A stretch of DNA of 51,123 nucleotides from Candidatus Micrarchaeota archaeon (GTDB lineage: Archaea > Micrarchaeota > Micrarchaeia > Micrarchaeales > CABMGC01). Each line of letters opens with the position of its first letter. Position 1 is the stretch's first letter. Made by a program: the position numbers and the translations under genes. Positions 18,520 to 29,000 of this stretch are shown in pieces. The notes under the pieces were generated by a model that saw only the letters and a list, made by a program, of their open reading frames with translations, was not told the DNA's origin and made no database searches. The stretch spans positions 1 to 51,123 of the forward strand of contig JAKATZ010000001.1 in NCBI GenBank assembly GCA_021827925.1. The letters run 5' to 3'.

Positions 18520-20139
18520 TTATTTTACAATGGCCTCACTCTGCTCGCGCATGAACTGCTGCAGGTAGAACCTGCTACCCGTGCCCTTGCCTGTTAGGCC
18601 GCTGCCTTTCCACCCGGAGAAGGTGTGGAATCCGACTATCGCACCGGTTGTCGCGCTAATGGAGCGATTGACGTATAGTACCCCTGCCTGCATGTAACGC
18701 AGGAATGCGTTTATTTCGGACCTCTTTGTACTGTAAAGCCCGGCAGTCAGCCCATACTCGGAGTCGTTCGACTTCTCCAGGGCTTCTGTGAACTTGGAGT
18801 ACGAATCTACGGCAAGGAACGGCACGAAAAATTCCTCTTTGAATACAGGATTGCCGTGAGGTGCTTCTGCGACAGTAGGCTCAACGTATATGCCGTTTAG
18901 GCCTGTTTCGGCTACGCCTCCTCCGCACACTATCCTTCCCGCGCTTTTGGCAGCTGCGACAGCAGACCTGAACTTTTCAAGCGCGTTTGTGCTTATTAGC
19001 GGGCCTATGTAATTAGCTTTCAGAAGTGGATCCCCAATCCTAAGGCTTCGGGCCTTCTCAGCCAGCTTGCTCAGGAATTCGTGCTTGACTGATTCGTGGA
19101 CGTAGACCCGCGAGCATGCGCTGCACTTCTGCCCGCTGTATCCGAATGCCGCGCTTGCCACGCCGGATACAGCGTCGTCTATGTCGGCATGCTCGGAGAC
19201 TATGACAGGATTCTTGCCGCCCATCTCAACCACGAAAGATTTCTGCCTGCCGGACGAATACGCCTTTGATATCATCCCCATGCCCGTCTTCCGTGAACCG
19301 GTGAAGGCTATGCCTTTCACAAGTTCATTGGATACGAATTCCTCGCCAAGCTCAGAACCTGGCCCTGTTATGTAGTTGAATGCCCCGGAAGGCACGCCTG
19401 CCTCGCTGAAGATCTCGTATATCCTGAGGCCGGTGAGCATTGCCATGCTGTCAGTAGACGACGGCTTGAAAACCACAGTATTGCCAGTTATGAGTGCCCC
19501 CGCACTCATTCCCGTAGATATCGATATCGGGAAATTGAAAGGTGCGACTATGGCGAATACCCCGTAAGGCTTCATCGCTATGCTGACACTCTCCGTTCTG
19601 CCAGGGGCTCCCTGGAACCCCGCAGCGACCTTCGACCTTGTGCCTTCTATCACGCTTTTGCTTAAATAGCCTTTGTTGTGCTCCATGTCCAATGCATAGT
19701 ACCTGAGAAAATCTATGGCCTCGTCGACCTCACCAACGGATTCGTACCGAGTCTTTCCGTTCTCTATGCTCATTATTGCCGCTACGCCGAACTTCTCCCT
19801 TGCAAAGATATCTGCGGCGGCGCGCATTATGGCTATCCTGTCCCTGTAGCCCGCAGAGCTCCATTCGCTGAACGCTGAATGAGCGGCGTTTATAGCTGCT
19901 GTTGCATGCTCGCGGGTTCCTTTCTGGAATCTGCCTATTGGCGTGCCGTCTATTGGAGAGTTCTCCGTTATCTCCGCTGGGGCATTCACTTCCTTGCCGT
20001 TAATCATCATTGGGTGCTTCTTTCCAAGGACAGTGGCTTTGGCCTTCTTCACTGCATCTTCAAAGAGCCTATCAAATTCCCCCTCCTTGCCCTCCTCGAG
20101 AAATTTCCTGTATGTGAACTCGTTGCTGAATCCCTTCAT
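18520..20139 (-). CDS. Aldehyde dehydrogenase, 1-pyrroline-5-carboxylate dehydrogenase-like (likely start MKGFSNE)
   Basis: EAIDFLRYYA, APFNFP, FTGS, EMGGKN, GYSGQKCSACSR, YGLTAGLYS. Confidence 0.9.
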   Translation of the reverse strand: MKGFSNEFTYRKFLEEGKEGEFDRLFEDAVKKAKATVLGKKHPMMINGKEVNAPAEITENSPIDGTPIGRFQKGTREHATAAINAAHSAFSEWSSAGYRDRIAIMRAAADIFAREKFGVAAIMSIENGKTRYESVGEVDEAIDFLRYYALDMEHNKGYLSKSVIEGTRSKVAAGFQGAPGRTESVSIAMKPYGVFAIVAPFNFPISISTGMSAGALITGNTVVFKPSSTDSMAMLTGLRIYEIFSEAGVPSGAFNYITGPGSELGEEFVSNELVKGIAFTGSRKTGMGMISKAYSSGRQKSFVVEMGGKNPVIVSEHADIDDAVSGVASAAFGYSGQKCSACSRVYVHESVKHEFLSKLAEKARSLRIGDPLLKANYIGPLISTNALEKFRSAVAAAKSAGRIVCGGGVAETGLNGIYVEPTVAEAPHGNPVFKEEFFVPFLAVDSYSKFTEALEKSNDSEYGLTAGLYSTKRSEINAFLRYMQAGVLYVNRSISATTGAIVGFHTFSGWKGSGLTGKGTGSRFYLQQFMREQSEAIVK

Positions 20140-20258
20140 GGTATCACATTTCAGTACGTGCATAGTCAAGTATAAAAGCATTGGTTACATCCCGAATGCA
20201 GAGGTAGGAGAACCTGAAGCCCAGTAAGATATTTATTTCTTTAATGTCCAGGTAGATT

Positions 20259-20975
20259 ATGGCGATGGTGCAGGTGGAGAGCCTTAGGAAGGGAATCGAG
20301 GCTAGCAGTTTTGACATCGTAAACTTTGTGAGCGATGCGACATGGAAAGACCTTCTTATAGACCTCGTCAGAAGGAACAAGTTTGATCCGTGGGACGTTG
20401 ACATAGCGGTCATTGTAGAAAAATACGTTGAAGCGGTGAAATCGCTCAGGATAATGGACCTCAGGGTCCCAGCAAACATCATACTTGCAGCATCCGTCCT
20501 GCTCAGACTTAAGAGCGAGATGCTCAAGGTAGGAGATGTAGAAACTCAGATGGAAGTTGAAGATGGGCAGCAGATACTCAGACCGGAAATACAGGTGGAC
20601 AGCCTAAGCTTCAGGCTCAGGCCAGCCCTCAGACGAAGGGTAACGCTTGATGAGCTGATATCCGCGCTTGACGATGCCATGAAAATAAAGGATACCAGAA
20701 GCTCTTCCCACGCGGCGAAGACTCAGGTGCAACTGCCAGTGATGGCGAGAGGGATAGATATAGAGGAGGAAATGGAGAGGGTGTACGGACATGTCAGCAG
20801 TCATGCGGACAGGGAGGGCATGACGACTTTCTCGTATCTTCTCGGCGTGGTTGAACTCGATGACGTGCTGCTGCAGCTCTTCATACCTCTTCTCTTCCTG
20901 GCGAACAAGGGAAGGATTGCGCTTGTACAGGAGCGCTTCTTTGACGAGGTAATAGTAAGCCTGGCGAAAGGTTAG
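20259..20975 (+). CDS. scpA: Segregation/condensation protein A (kleisin)
   Basis: DPWDVDI, AASVLLRLKS, VTLDELISAL, LLFLA..G.I.L.QE.FF. Confidence 0.93.
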   Translation: MAMVQVESLRKGIEASSFDIVNFVSDATWKDLLIDLVRRNKFDPWDVDIAVIVEKYVEAVKSLRIMDLRVPANIILAASVLLRLKSEMLKVGDVETQMEVEDGQQILRPEIQVDSLSFRLRPALRRRVTLDELISALDDAMKIKDTRSSSHAAKTQVQLPVMARGIDIEEEMERVYGHVSSHADREGMTTFSYLLGVVELDDVLLQLFIPLLFLANKGRIALVQERFFDEVIVSLAKG

Positions 20976-20980
20976 TTTGC

Positions 20981-21439
20981 ATGGATGAACGGGAATACAT
21001 GAGGCTCATAGAGGCTGCGCTCTTCATGTCGCCGAAAGCGATGAGCATAAGCGAGATAGCAGGAGCCACAGGAATAATGTCAATGGGGACCATACAGTCT
21101 GCACTTAAGGAACTGGTCGGAAGGTACGGGAGCGCAGAAACCGCGCTTGCACTGATAGAGATAGACAAAAGGTACATGTTCAGTCTGAAGGAGCCTTATG
21201 CTTCGAAAGTGAGTTCTCTGTCCGCAGGTCCGGACATAAGCAAGGGAGCGCTCCGGGTGCTTGCGTACGTGAGCAAGAACGAAGGCGTGCTGCAGAGCGG
21301 CCTCGTGAAGCTTTTCGGTGGCTCGACTTATGACCACGTAAAAGAGCTTGCGGAGAAGGAATTCATAGAGACGAAGAGATTCGGGAGAAGCAAGAAGGTA
21401 AGCACCACGAGCAAGTTCAAGGAGTACTTTAACGTGTGA
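20981..21439 (+). CDS. scpB: SMC-Scp complex subunit ScpB
   Basis: IEAALF, DHVKEL, GRS...TT.KF.EYF; directly follows scpA. Confidence 0.93.
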   Translation: MDEREYMRLIEAALFMSPKAMSISEIAGATGIMSMGTIQSALKELVGRYGSAETALALIEIDKRYMFSLKEPYASKVSSLSAGPDISKGALRVLAYVSKNEGVLQSGLVKLFGGSTYDHVKELAEKEFIETKRFGRSKKVSTTSKFKEYFNV

Positions 21440-21498
21440 TGCTGCGGTATGGATTTTGGGCCTTTGTCTTTTGCCATTGAAGCGGCGGTGATGGTTTT

Positions 21499-22818
21499 AT
21501 GAGCGAGAACAAGATAGGAATGATTGCGGCCGTGGCGGTTGCTCTGGGAGCCATAGTTGGAGCAGGGATATTCGTTCTCAGCGGTACGGTAATAGCCATA
21601 GCGGGAGCATATGCGATACCTGCATTTTTGATTGTGGGGCTTGTAGCACTTTCGGTGGCGTTGAACTTCGGAGTACTTGGCAGGATCATGCCGAATGCCA
21701 AGGGCGCAGCTTACTCGTACGTTTACAGTGCGTTCGGCAGCGAACTTGGCTTCATAACAGGCATACTGCTGTACTTCAGCTTCGCCACTGCGATATCAGT
21801 GGTAGCGCTCGGCTTCGGAGCCACGCTGGCAAGCATGCTCGGCGGCGCGATGGCGCACTTCGCTGTTGCCTTCTCCATCCTGCTGATAATCGCACTTGGG
21901 ATAATAAACCTAAGGGGGATAAGGAATGCCGCGAGGACAGACACTGCACTGGTGATGATAAAAGTAGCCATACTGACGGTGTTCATAGCGTTTGCTTTTC
22001 TTTTCGCTATAGGCCCCGGACACCATAGCGCGCACAATTTCTCAAGGCCTTCCGAAGGTTCCCTTGTGGGAGATGTCCTCGAAGCAAGCATAGCGATATT
22101 CTTCGCGTACACCGGATTCCAGACGGTAAGCACATTCACTTCGAGAGTTGAGGGAGGAGCAGGGAACGCGGCAGAGGCGATAATGATAGCCGTTATAAGC
22201 AGTATTGTGCTGTACGTACTGGTCATAGTAAGCCTCATATTTCTGATGCCTGCCTCATCTTACTCTATAACCGCGAATCCTTTGACATCGGCGCTTTCCG
22301 CAGCTCATGCGCCAGGATGGCTCTTCGTGCTTGTGGGAATAGGGGCGCTCATAGCAACGGCCTCGGCAACGCTGGCAATGATGCTCGCGGCTTCTAGGGT
22401 AATGTACCAGATAAGTACAGACGGCCTTCTACCTGGAATCTTCAGGAAGTATGATAGGGAGAAGGATGTAGCCTTCAATGGCATAATAGCTTCGATGCTT
22501 ATAGGCATACTGATGCTCTTTGCTGGGAATGTGTACACCATAGCAGCAATATCAAACTTCGGGCTCCTCTTCTCCTATATTATATCAATACTTGCGCTGA
22601 TGCACTTCCACAAACACGGGAAGACAACGGAAGCCAAACCCAGATACTACCCTTATCTGCAGGTGATTACGATAATAGCCCTCATGGCTTTCATTTACGG
22701 CCTTCCGCACGAGGCTTTCGTGATAAACGTAATAATAGTGATATCGCTCATAGTGATATACTACGCGCTCAGAGAAGTCGAGGACAAGAAGGTAATAAGA
22801 GTAAGACTCTTCAGGTGA
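21499..22818 (+). CDS. APC-family amino acid permease
   Basis: GAIVGAGIFVLSG, GAAYSYV, FFAYTGF, SRVMY..S.DGLLP. Confidence 0.92.
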   Translation: MSENKIGMIAAVAVALGAIVGAGIFVLSGTVIAIAGAYAIPAFLIVGLVALSVALNFGVLGRIMPNAKGAAYSYVYSAFGSELGFITGILLYFSFATAISVVALGFGATLASMLGGAMAHFAVAFSILLIIALGIINLRGIRNAARTDTALVMIKVAILTVFIAFAFLFAIGPGHHSAHNFSRPSEGSLVGDVLEASIAIFFAYTGFQTVSTFTSRVEGGAGNAAEAIMIAVISSIVLYVLVIVSLIFLMPASSYSITANPLTSALSAAHAPGWLFVLVGIGALIATASATLAMMLAASRVMYQISTDGLLPGIFRKYDREKDVAFNGIIASMLIGILMLFAGNVYTIAAISNFGLLFSYIISILALMHFHKHGKTTEAKPRYYPYLQVITIIALMAFIYGLPHEAFVINVIIVISLIVIYYALREVEDKKVIRVRLFR

Positions 22819-23371
22819 GATTCAGAGGGTAGATCGCGTCTCCTGCAGAGACTTGCTTCCCGGTCGCGATCTCCAGAACATACTCGCCAGTGTAGCACAC
22901 CGTACCCATCGAATACGGTTGCGCGTTGTAAACGTATGCTACGGTTCCATTGTCTATCCACGATTGTTCAAGCGGAATTGAAGTGTTTTCCATCCAAAAA
23001 CACCGCACGCTCGCATTTGGGAATGCAAAAAGCATGCCGGATGCTCCGTAATAGCCCAGGACCTGCTTGGACGTATTCATAAGGCCTCGCCGCCATTCGC
23101 TCTCGTTTTTTGCAATGAAGACCTTCATTATGAATGGTGCACCGCGGTTACGCGGGTAGACGGTTAGGTTCTCGGTATTGAGAGATCCGAAGTATGACGC
23201 CTCGTGACCAACGCCGATATATCCCGCCGATCTCGGCAAACGAGTATTAAGTATTATGAATAGCGCAAGAATCATCGCGATTGAGAAAGCCGCAATAAAT
23301 CCAAACAGGTGTCGCAGGACATCCCTCGATGCGAAATATCGCTTTGTACGTATTAGTGGATACACTTGCAT
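22811..23371 (-). CDS. DUF192 family protein with N-terminal TM
   Basis: RRGLMN, GMLF.F, FWMENTSIPL, YVLEI. Confidence 0.85.
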   Translation of the reverse strand: MQVYPLIRTKRYFASRDVLRHLFGFIAAFSIAMILALFIILNTRLPRSAGYIGVGHEASYFGSLNTENLTVYPRNRGAPFIMKVFIAKNESEWRRGLMNTSKQVLGYYGASGMLFAFPNASVRCFWMENTSIPLEQSWIDNGTVAYVYNAQPYSMGTVCYTGEYVLEIATGKQVSAGDAIYPLNLT

Positions 23372-23406
23372 ATTATATAAAGATTATCGGACAATATATG
23401 CTGCAT

Positions 23407-23478
23407 GGGCTCGTAGTCGAATGGTAAGACGCCTCCTTCACACGGAGGAGACCCGGAGTCCGATTCTCCGCGGGCCCA
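23407..23478 (+). tRNA. tRNA-Val(CAC)
   Basis: Acceptor GGGCTCG/CGGGCCC-A, anticodon arm CCTCC-TTCACAC-GGAGG, T-arm CGGAG-TCCGATT-CTCCG. Confidence 0.93.
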
Positions 23479-23545
23479 TCCTATTGCTTACGGGCAGAAA
23501 CACTGTTTAGATGATGTACCAGAGCGCATCATGCAAAAGCATGTG

Positions 23546-23734
23546 TTAAGATCTGCGTGAGATTCGCTGCTCGGATTGACTCCTTCTATGCGCCTGCTCC
23601 TCGTACAGTTTATATTCGTCGCTGTACACTACGCGCCAGACATTCTCGGACTCCTTCAGCACGCGCACAGGCCTATGATCATTACCTGACACGACCTTAC
23701 CCTTTCCCCTGTATAGCAATCCAATCAAAGACAT
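23546..23734 (-). CDS. Small hypothetical protein
   Basis: ORF fills the gap between tRNA-Val and the DMT gene. G-rich SD-like and TTTAAATA elements upstream. Confidence 0.5.
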   Translation of the reverse strand: MSLIGLLYRGKGKVVSGNDHRPVRVLKESENVWRVVYSDEYKLYEEQAHRRSQSEQRISRRS

Positions 23735-23813
23735 TTCAACCCCCATCATATATGTTTAGGTTCGCATATTTAAACCCGATTAAAATTCACATAATTATGT
23801 GGATTATTTGTTA

Positions 23814-25070
23814 TTATGGCAAGTCGTAAGATGCCTTTAACTCAACAGTTGCATCGTAGACATCGTGGAAAAACCTCTCTCCTTCTTCCGTCCGGCCGAC
23901 TTTTATCAGAAGCATCTCCCCACTACCAAGGTCTACGCTGCCGCGCACAAATTTCAGTTCTGCGGATATTCCTTCGGAAGAATCAGTGTACACACCCGCA
24001 TAAGAGTCACGTGATGCGATGTTCCATGCGACAGCCATGTATTTTGCATTCATCTTCACGGCAAGTACCTTGCCTCCTTTCTCAAGCTCCCTGCTTATCG
24101 TCATGTTTGCGGTGTTTGAAAAGGCGCCGGTTATGTCGAATATCCAGAGCTCCCTGTGATTGTCGCTTGTGTGCCGCAGATATGTACTGCCCTTCTTGTC
24201 GAATCGCTGTATTATCATGCCTACGGCGACAAGGAGGGCGATTACAAGGTAGTAGAAGTTTATGGCTTCGCCAAGCAGAAGATAGGCGAATAGTATTGTT
24301 ATGAATGGCGAGAGGAAGTAGACGTTTGTAACGAATGTTGTTTTAAGCATGCGCAGTGCGCCGTAATACATGAAACCGACGAAGACGTTGTACACGATGC
24401 CAACGTATGCCAGTGCGGCAATGTCTTTCCAGCTCATGGCAGACGTCGGCGCTCCGGATGCCACATAGGCTGCCGCGATGAATGTGAATGTGGCGATGTT
24501 GAATATCAGCATTGAGCTCTGCATGTCGAATACGTATCTCTTTATCAGCACGCCTGCCAAGGCGCTTGTCAAGGCTATCACGACAACGAAAAGGACTATG
24601 AGAGTGTCTCCCGCTGAAAATAGGCCGAGGCCGTTTCCTCCGACCGCAATGAGAATGCCTAGGAATCCAAGGGACAGGGCGGCGATCTGGTGCTTGCTTA
24701 TCCTCTCCCTGAGAACGAGCGGCAGAAAAAGAAGCATGAGAAGGGGAAATGATCGGTATACCACCGTTGCAAGAGAGGCACTTATGTAGCGCTCGGCGTA
24801 TGATAGCCCCAGTTCCAGCAGCGCGTAATTGAGCAGGCCTATAACCGATAGCGTGGCGATACTTCTGGGGTTGTGCAGATATTCAAGGAGCTTCTTCTCC
24901 TTGTGCGATAGCAATATGAAGAGGAGTGAGGTGGGTATGGCAAGAAGGTATGCGTAGAATAGGAACTCGAGCAGGTTCATCCCGATTGCGAGGTCCAGCA
25001 CCACCGGGAGAAGTGCACCGAGAAGAAGGGCCGATAACAAGTAGATGTTCGCGCGCTCCCTTAGATCCAT
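23814..25070 (-). CDS. EamA/DMT family transporter with extra C-terminal soluble domain
   Basis: About 10 TM segments with EamA repeats (ISASLATVV...VLRERI; LSPF...LLGE), then a ~125-aa hydrophilic tail. Confidence 0.85.
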   Translation of the reverse strand: MDLRERANIYLLSALLLGALLPVVLDLAIGMNLLEFLFYAYLLAIPTSLLFILLSHKEKKLLEYLHNPRSIATLSVIGLLNYALLELGLSYAERYISASLATVVYRSFPLLMLLFLPLVLRERISKHQIAALSLGFLGILIAVGGNGLGLFSAGDTLIVLFVVVIALTSALAGVLIKRYVFDMQSSMLIFNIATFTFIAAAYVASGAPTSAMSWKDIAALAYVGIVYNVFVGFMYYGALRMLKTTFVTNVYFLSPFITILFAYLLLGEAINFYYLVIALLVAVGMIIQRFDKKGSTYLRHTSDNHRELWIFDITGAFSNTANMTISRELEKGGKVLAVKMNAKYMAVAWNIASRDSYAGVYTDSSEGISAELKFVRGSVDLGSGEMLLIKVGRTEEGERFFHDVYDATVELKASYDLP

Positions 25071-25144
25071 GGGAAAGTATGGAATGCAAGCCTTTAATAT
25101 GCTCTCAAAAATAACAGATTTATTAATGTTGTCTGTTATTTTGA

Positions 25145-26194
25145 ATGGTTAGAGGGGATTGCCTGCGGGAGGCCGTAGATTTTCACAGCAGATTCAATGA
25201 TAGGTACGGAGTTCTCACAAGGAGGATACTGAGAGAGGTGTCTGAAAACGCAAGGATATCGATATCCGATATGTCGAGGAAAGTGGGCACTTCGCGTTGG
25301 TATTCCAGAGGTAGGATAAAAAAGCTCGATGCGGAACTCGGAATAAGGTACACGATAGAGCCTAATGAATCCAAGCTTGGGCTCTCTGCAGGGCATCTCA
25401 TACTTGTAAAGTTCAAGTCAAAGCCCGATTATGAACACATAGCTGGATTGTTAGGCAGGTCGTACATACCACAGCTCGCCGCTTCTGTTAAGGGCAATTA
25501 TGATATGCTCGTGTACGCCATCGCGACTTCGAGCCAGGAGTATGCACGATGGGACAAGGGCATGCAGGTGGCCTTCTCGCAGTACAAGGCGAGCTGGCAA
25601 TCATCCGAGGTTGTGCACAGGCAATTGGGCTTCTTCCCACTGAGGAACGAACTCATAGAGCATACCAGCGTGCCGTCTAAGTATAAAGATCTCCTTAAGG
25701 CGCTTAACAGCGATTCGAGGGCTTCATTCCAGAGCCTCGCTAAAAAGCTCGGGATGCATTTCAATACCGTCGCGTACGGCATGAACAGGCTCCTCATTGA
25801 GGGATATGTTAAGCGCTTCACCATTACCATGGACAAGCCCGAGATGGTATCGCTGATGTCGTTCTTTGCAAAGTATTCACCTACCGAAGGCTATGAGGAC
25901 AGCTCTGCAGAAGCAAGGAAATCGTTTATGAGCGACGATGAAAATTCGGTGATGAGCAGATACCTTATAACCGCGCCGCTCATAGGGGGCTACGACTTTT
26001 TCACCCTCGGTGCTTTCGATGACAAGAAGACAGCATACAGGAAAGACGTACTCTACCACAAGAAGCTGTTTGAGAAGCATGGCATAAGAATGAGGTACGG
26101 GGAGATAGAAAAGGTGATTCTGGGATCCCTCCCAATAAGAAGCATTAATACGAAAAAGGAATATGCAACCATGAAGTGGACGGAAGAGTTATGA
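25145..26194 (+). CDS. Tandem (double) Lrp/AsnC family transcriptional regulator
   Basis: Two HTH units (NARISISDMSRKVG; DSRASFQSLAKKLG), each followed by a RAM-like domain (GNYDML; GGYDFF). Confidence 0.85.
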   Translation: MVRGDCLREAVDFHSRFNDRYGVLTRRILREVSENARISISDMSRKVGTSRWYSRGRIKKLDAELGIRYTIEPNESKLGLSAGHLILVKFKSKPDYEHIAGLLGRSYIPQLAASVKGNYDMLVYAIATSSQEYARWDKGMQVAFSQYKASWQSSEVVHRQLGFFPLRNELIEHTSVPSKYKDLLKALNSDSRASFQSLAKKLGMHFNTVAYGMNRLLIEGYVKRFTITMDKPEMVSLMSFFAKYSPTEGYEDSSAEARKSFMSDDENSVMSRYLITAPLIGGYDFFTLGAFDDKKTAYRKDVLYHKKLFEKHGIRMRYGEIEKVILGSLPIRSINTKKEYATMKWTEEL

Positions 26195-26259
26195 ACGGAG
26201 ATACACACAAATGAGAAGCGGTTTCGGAAGAGCATATGAATTTGCATGCGGGTATTTTT

Positions 26260-26676
26260 ATGGAGAATCGACCTAAGCGTAACAAGCTCACAATGGAAGA
26301 GGAGGATGTTATAGTCAGAAAGGGTACGGAGGCTCCGTTCAGCGGAAAGTACGAAAAAAACTTCAGGAAAGGAGTATACTTATGCAAAAGATGCGATGCT
26401 CCGCTGTACAGATCTGAAGATAAGTTCGATGCAAGGTGTGGATGGCCAAGCTTTGACAAGGAGATAAAAGGAGCAGTGAAGAGAGTTCCTGACAGGGATG
26501 GGATGAGAACGGAGATACAGTGCGCAAACTGTGGTGCCCATCTGGGCCACGTTTTCTTCGGTGAGGGCTTTACCGAGAAGAACACGAGACATTGTGTGAA
26601 TTCGATAGCGCTGAGGTTCGTAGAAGAGAACAGCGGTACAGGCATAAAGGCAGAACACAAGAGACCCGAAGGATAG
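26260..26676 (+). CDS. msrB: Peptide-methionine (R)-S-oxide reductase
   Basis: GTEAPF, CGWPSF, HLGHVF.GEG, RHCVNS. Confidence 0.97.
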   Translation: MENRPKRNKLTMEEEDVIVRKGTEAPFSGKYEKNFRKGVYLCKRCDAPLYRSEDKFDARCGWPSFDKEIKGAVKRVPDRDGMRTEIQCANCGAHLGHVFFGEGFTEKNTRHCVNSIALRFVEENSGTGIKAEHKRPEG

Positions 26677-26737
26677 AAGGTAAGATTATGGCGCTGTGCC
26701 GGTCGACACTGCCTATCACGATATCCAGGTGTTTTCA

Positions 26738-26863
26738 ATGTACATACACAAGAAGGAGATAATCTCGCAGGTGGAGAGCATACATAAAGACGAAATGCCG
26801 CTTATCTCATTTATCAGCATAGAAGGCAACAAAAATTCCTGGACTGAATTTAAGAATCAGTAA
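26738..26863 (+). CDS. Possible 41-aa small protein (MYIHKKEIISQVES...EFKNQ)
   Basis: Hand translation. AGGTG SD upstream; fills the msrB-msrA gap. Confidence 0.35.
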   Translation: MYIHKKEIISQVESIHKDEMPLISFISIEGNKNSWTEFKNQ

Positions 26864-26873
26864 GGCGAGTATA

Positions 26874-27401
26874 ATGAAAGTGGAGAGAATAGTTCTGGGG
26901 GGCGGCTGTTTCTGGTGCACCGAAGCGGTATTCTCGATGCTCATTGGGGTAGAAAGCGCAGAGCCGGGATATGCAGGAGGTACGGCAAAGGATCCAACCT
27001 ACGAAGAGGTATGCTCGGGAGACACAGGACACGCGGAGGTGCTCAGGGTGGGATACAATCCAAACGTGATAAGTCTGGAAACATTGCTGGACGTGTTCTT
27101 CGAGATGCATGATCCTACCTCTTTAAACAGACAGGGAGAGGATGAAGGCACCCAGTACAGATCGATAATACTGTGCACGGGAAAGACGCAAAAAGAGGCT
27201 GTTGAGAGATATATAGAAAGTAGGAAGAATGACTACGGAGGAAGAATCGTGACAGAGGTCGGAATTCTTGGAGAGTTCTATGCAGCAGAAGAGTATCACA
27301 GGAGATATTACGAGAGGAACAGAGGACAGGCGTACTGTGAACTGGTGATAAGCCCGAAGATAGCCAGGATAAGGAAGGAGTTCGGAAAGGAGATAAGGTA
27401 G
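26874..27401 (+). CDS. msrA: Peptide-methionine (S)-S-oxide reductase
   Basis: GGCFWCTEA, TGHAE, HDPT.LNRQG.D.GTQYRS, AEEYH. Confidence 0.97.
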   Translation: MKVERIVLGGGCFWCTEAVFSMLIGVESAEPGYAGGTAKDPTYEEVCSGDTGHAEVLRVGYNPNVISLETLLDVFFEMHDPTSLNRQGEDEGTQYRSIILCTGKTQKEAVERYIESRKNDYGGRIVTEVGILGEFYAAEEYHRRYYERNRGQAYCELVISPKIARIRKEFGKEIR

Positions 27402-27444
27402 GTTCTTATAGGCGTTAGTACAGGTATGATGGTGGCAGGAGTTT

Positions 27445-28425
27445 ATGGGGAAAACAGGTAGTCCCAGATCTGCGGGAAGACAAGGGCGGCCTTCGGAAGG
27501 CGGCGTTGAGCCTTTTGAATACGGGCCCCTTAGGAAAGCGCAGAGTGCGATGGAGTACCTTATGACCTACGGGTGGGCGATACTGATAATCGCAGTGGTC
27601 CTCATTGCTCTTTTTCCTTTGGGAGTGTTTGATCCTTTCGCGTTTTCACCGCGTGCACAGCCCGGCAGCTGCCAGGCAATAAGACCACTGGGCGCCGGGA
27701 TATCCACAGATATAAATCTGGTAGGTACATGCAATGATGAGATACCCAAGTTTGTCGCAGTGTTCAATGGGAAGGACACGATGGTCAATGTACCAGAAAC
27801 CGTTCTCACAGGAAGCGATGGATTTACCCTTTCTTTCTGGTTCTATTATCAATCCACCACGTATAGCTGCAGTACAACAGGCATAATTGAGTTCGCTAAT
27901 ACTATAAGGAACTCCATCGTTGGGCTGCTGGGGTGCGCACCTCCTTCAAGCTTCGGGTATGCATGCAGCGGCAAGTGCTACAACAATGGCCTTCTATTTT
28001 CATCGACCCAGCCTGTTATCGACAGGTGGGAATCCGTCATATACACTTATGACAGCACAACCGGAGGGATGAACATATTTGTAGATGGAAGTTCGATAGC
28101 AAATTCACTGGCAGACGGATTTCCTGGCGCAACCGAAGGAATTGTGATTCCGGCAGGTTCGCACATGACCATGGCGCCAAAGTGGGAGCTCCAGTACAAC
28201 GGCATGCTCTCGAATGTCCAGCTCTACAACACCTCGTTTGGGCAGGCAGAGATCGATGCCCTTTATAAAGGAGGGATAGGGGGAACCCCAATAGCCCTTC
28301 AGAATTTAGTTGGATGGTGGCCTCTCAACGGCGATGTGCAGGATTATTCTGGAAATCAAAATCCCGGGAGCCCATCAAACATGATTTTCACCGACTCGTG
28401 GACCACAGGGTATTCTCCGCCTTGA
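27445..28425 (+). CDS. Class III signal peptide (pilin-like) LamG-domain surface protein, copy 1
   Basis: RKAQ/SAMEYLMTYGWAILII; LamG signature G.LSNVQLYN..L...EI.ALY; LVGWWPLNG...DYSGN. Confidence 0.9.
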   Translation: MGKTGSPRSAGRQGRPSEGGVEPFEYGPLRKAQSAMEYLMTYGWAILIIAVVLIALFPLGVFDPFAFSPRAQPGSCQAIRPLGAGISTDINLVGTCNDEIPKFVAVFNGKDTMVNVPETVLTGSDGFTLSFWFYYQSTTYSCSTTGIIEFANTIRNSIVGLLGCAPPSSFGYACSGKCYNNGLLFSSTQPVIDRWESVIYTYDSTTGGMNIFVDGSSIANSLADGFPGATEGIVIPAGSHMTMAPKWELQYNGMLSNVQLYNTSFGQAEIDALYKGGIGGTPIALQNLVGWWPLNGDVQDYSGNQNPGSPSNMIFTDSWTTGYSPP

Positions 28426-28472
28426 GGTGCCGCGGGTATATAATAAGAGGAGTACATAATTGAGGGAATGCT

Positions 28473-29000
28473 ATGGATTTGATATACATATACGGTCCAC
28501 CAGGGGTTGGCAAGTTCACCGTAGCAACGGAGTTGGCGAAGATTACTGGATATAGGTTATTTCACAATCAGCTGAGCATAGAGTTCGTTAAATCGGTATT
28601 CGATTTCGGCACAGAACCATTCAACAGGCTCGTGCTTAGATACCGCGCGGAGATTATAGAAGAAGCAGCGAAACAAGATGTCTCGGTGATATTCACATCG
28701 GCTTATGTCAAGGGGCTAAGCGATCCCATAATAAAGGACATAGTCAAACGCGTGGAACGGCACGGTGGGAGGGTATGCTTCGTACAGCTCTTTTGCAAAC
28801 GAGAGGAGCTGCTCCGGAGGGTTAGCAGCAGGTCGCGCATGAGGTTCTACAAGATAAGATCCGTGAAGTTCATGAAGGAGCTTCTCGGAAAGTATAACCA
28901 TTTCTCCAGGATCACTTTCAGGCGAAGCCTTTCAATAGACAATACGCGTCTAGGGCCGGCTGATGCTGCGGAGAAGATAGCAAGACATTATAGACTATGA
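28473..29000 (+). CDS. P-loop kinase (AAA_33/shikimate-kinase-like)
   Basis: IYGPPGVGK.T, LFHN, ELLRRV...SR. Confidence 0.8.
   Translation: MDLIYIYGPPGVGKFTVATELAKITGYRLFHNQLSIEFVKSVFDFGTEPFNRLVLRYRAEIIEEAAKQDVSVIFTSAYVKGLSDPIIKDIVKRVERHGGRVCFVQLFCKREELLRRVSSRSRMRFYKIRSVKFMKELLGKYNHFSRITFRRSLSIDNTRLGPADAAEKIARHYRL

Noticed and set aside
20259..21439. scpAB without an adjacent smc gene
   Set aside because: Separation of smc from scpAB is common.
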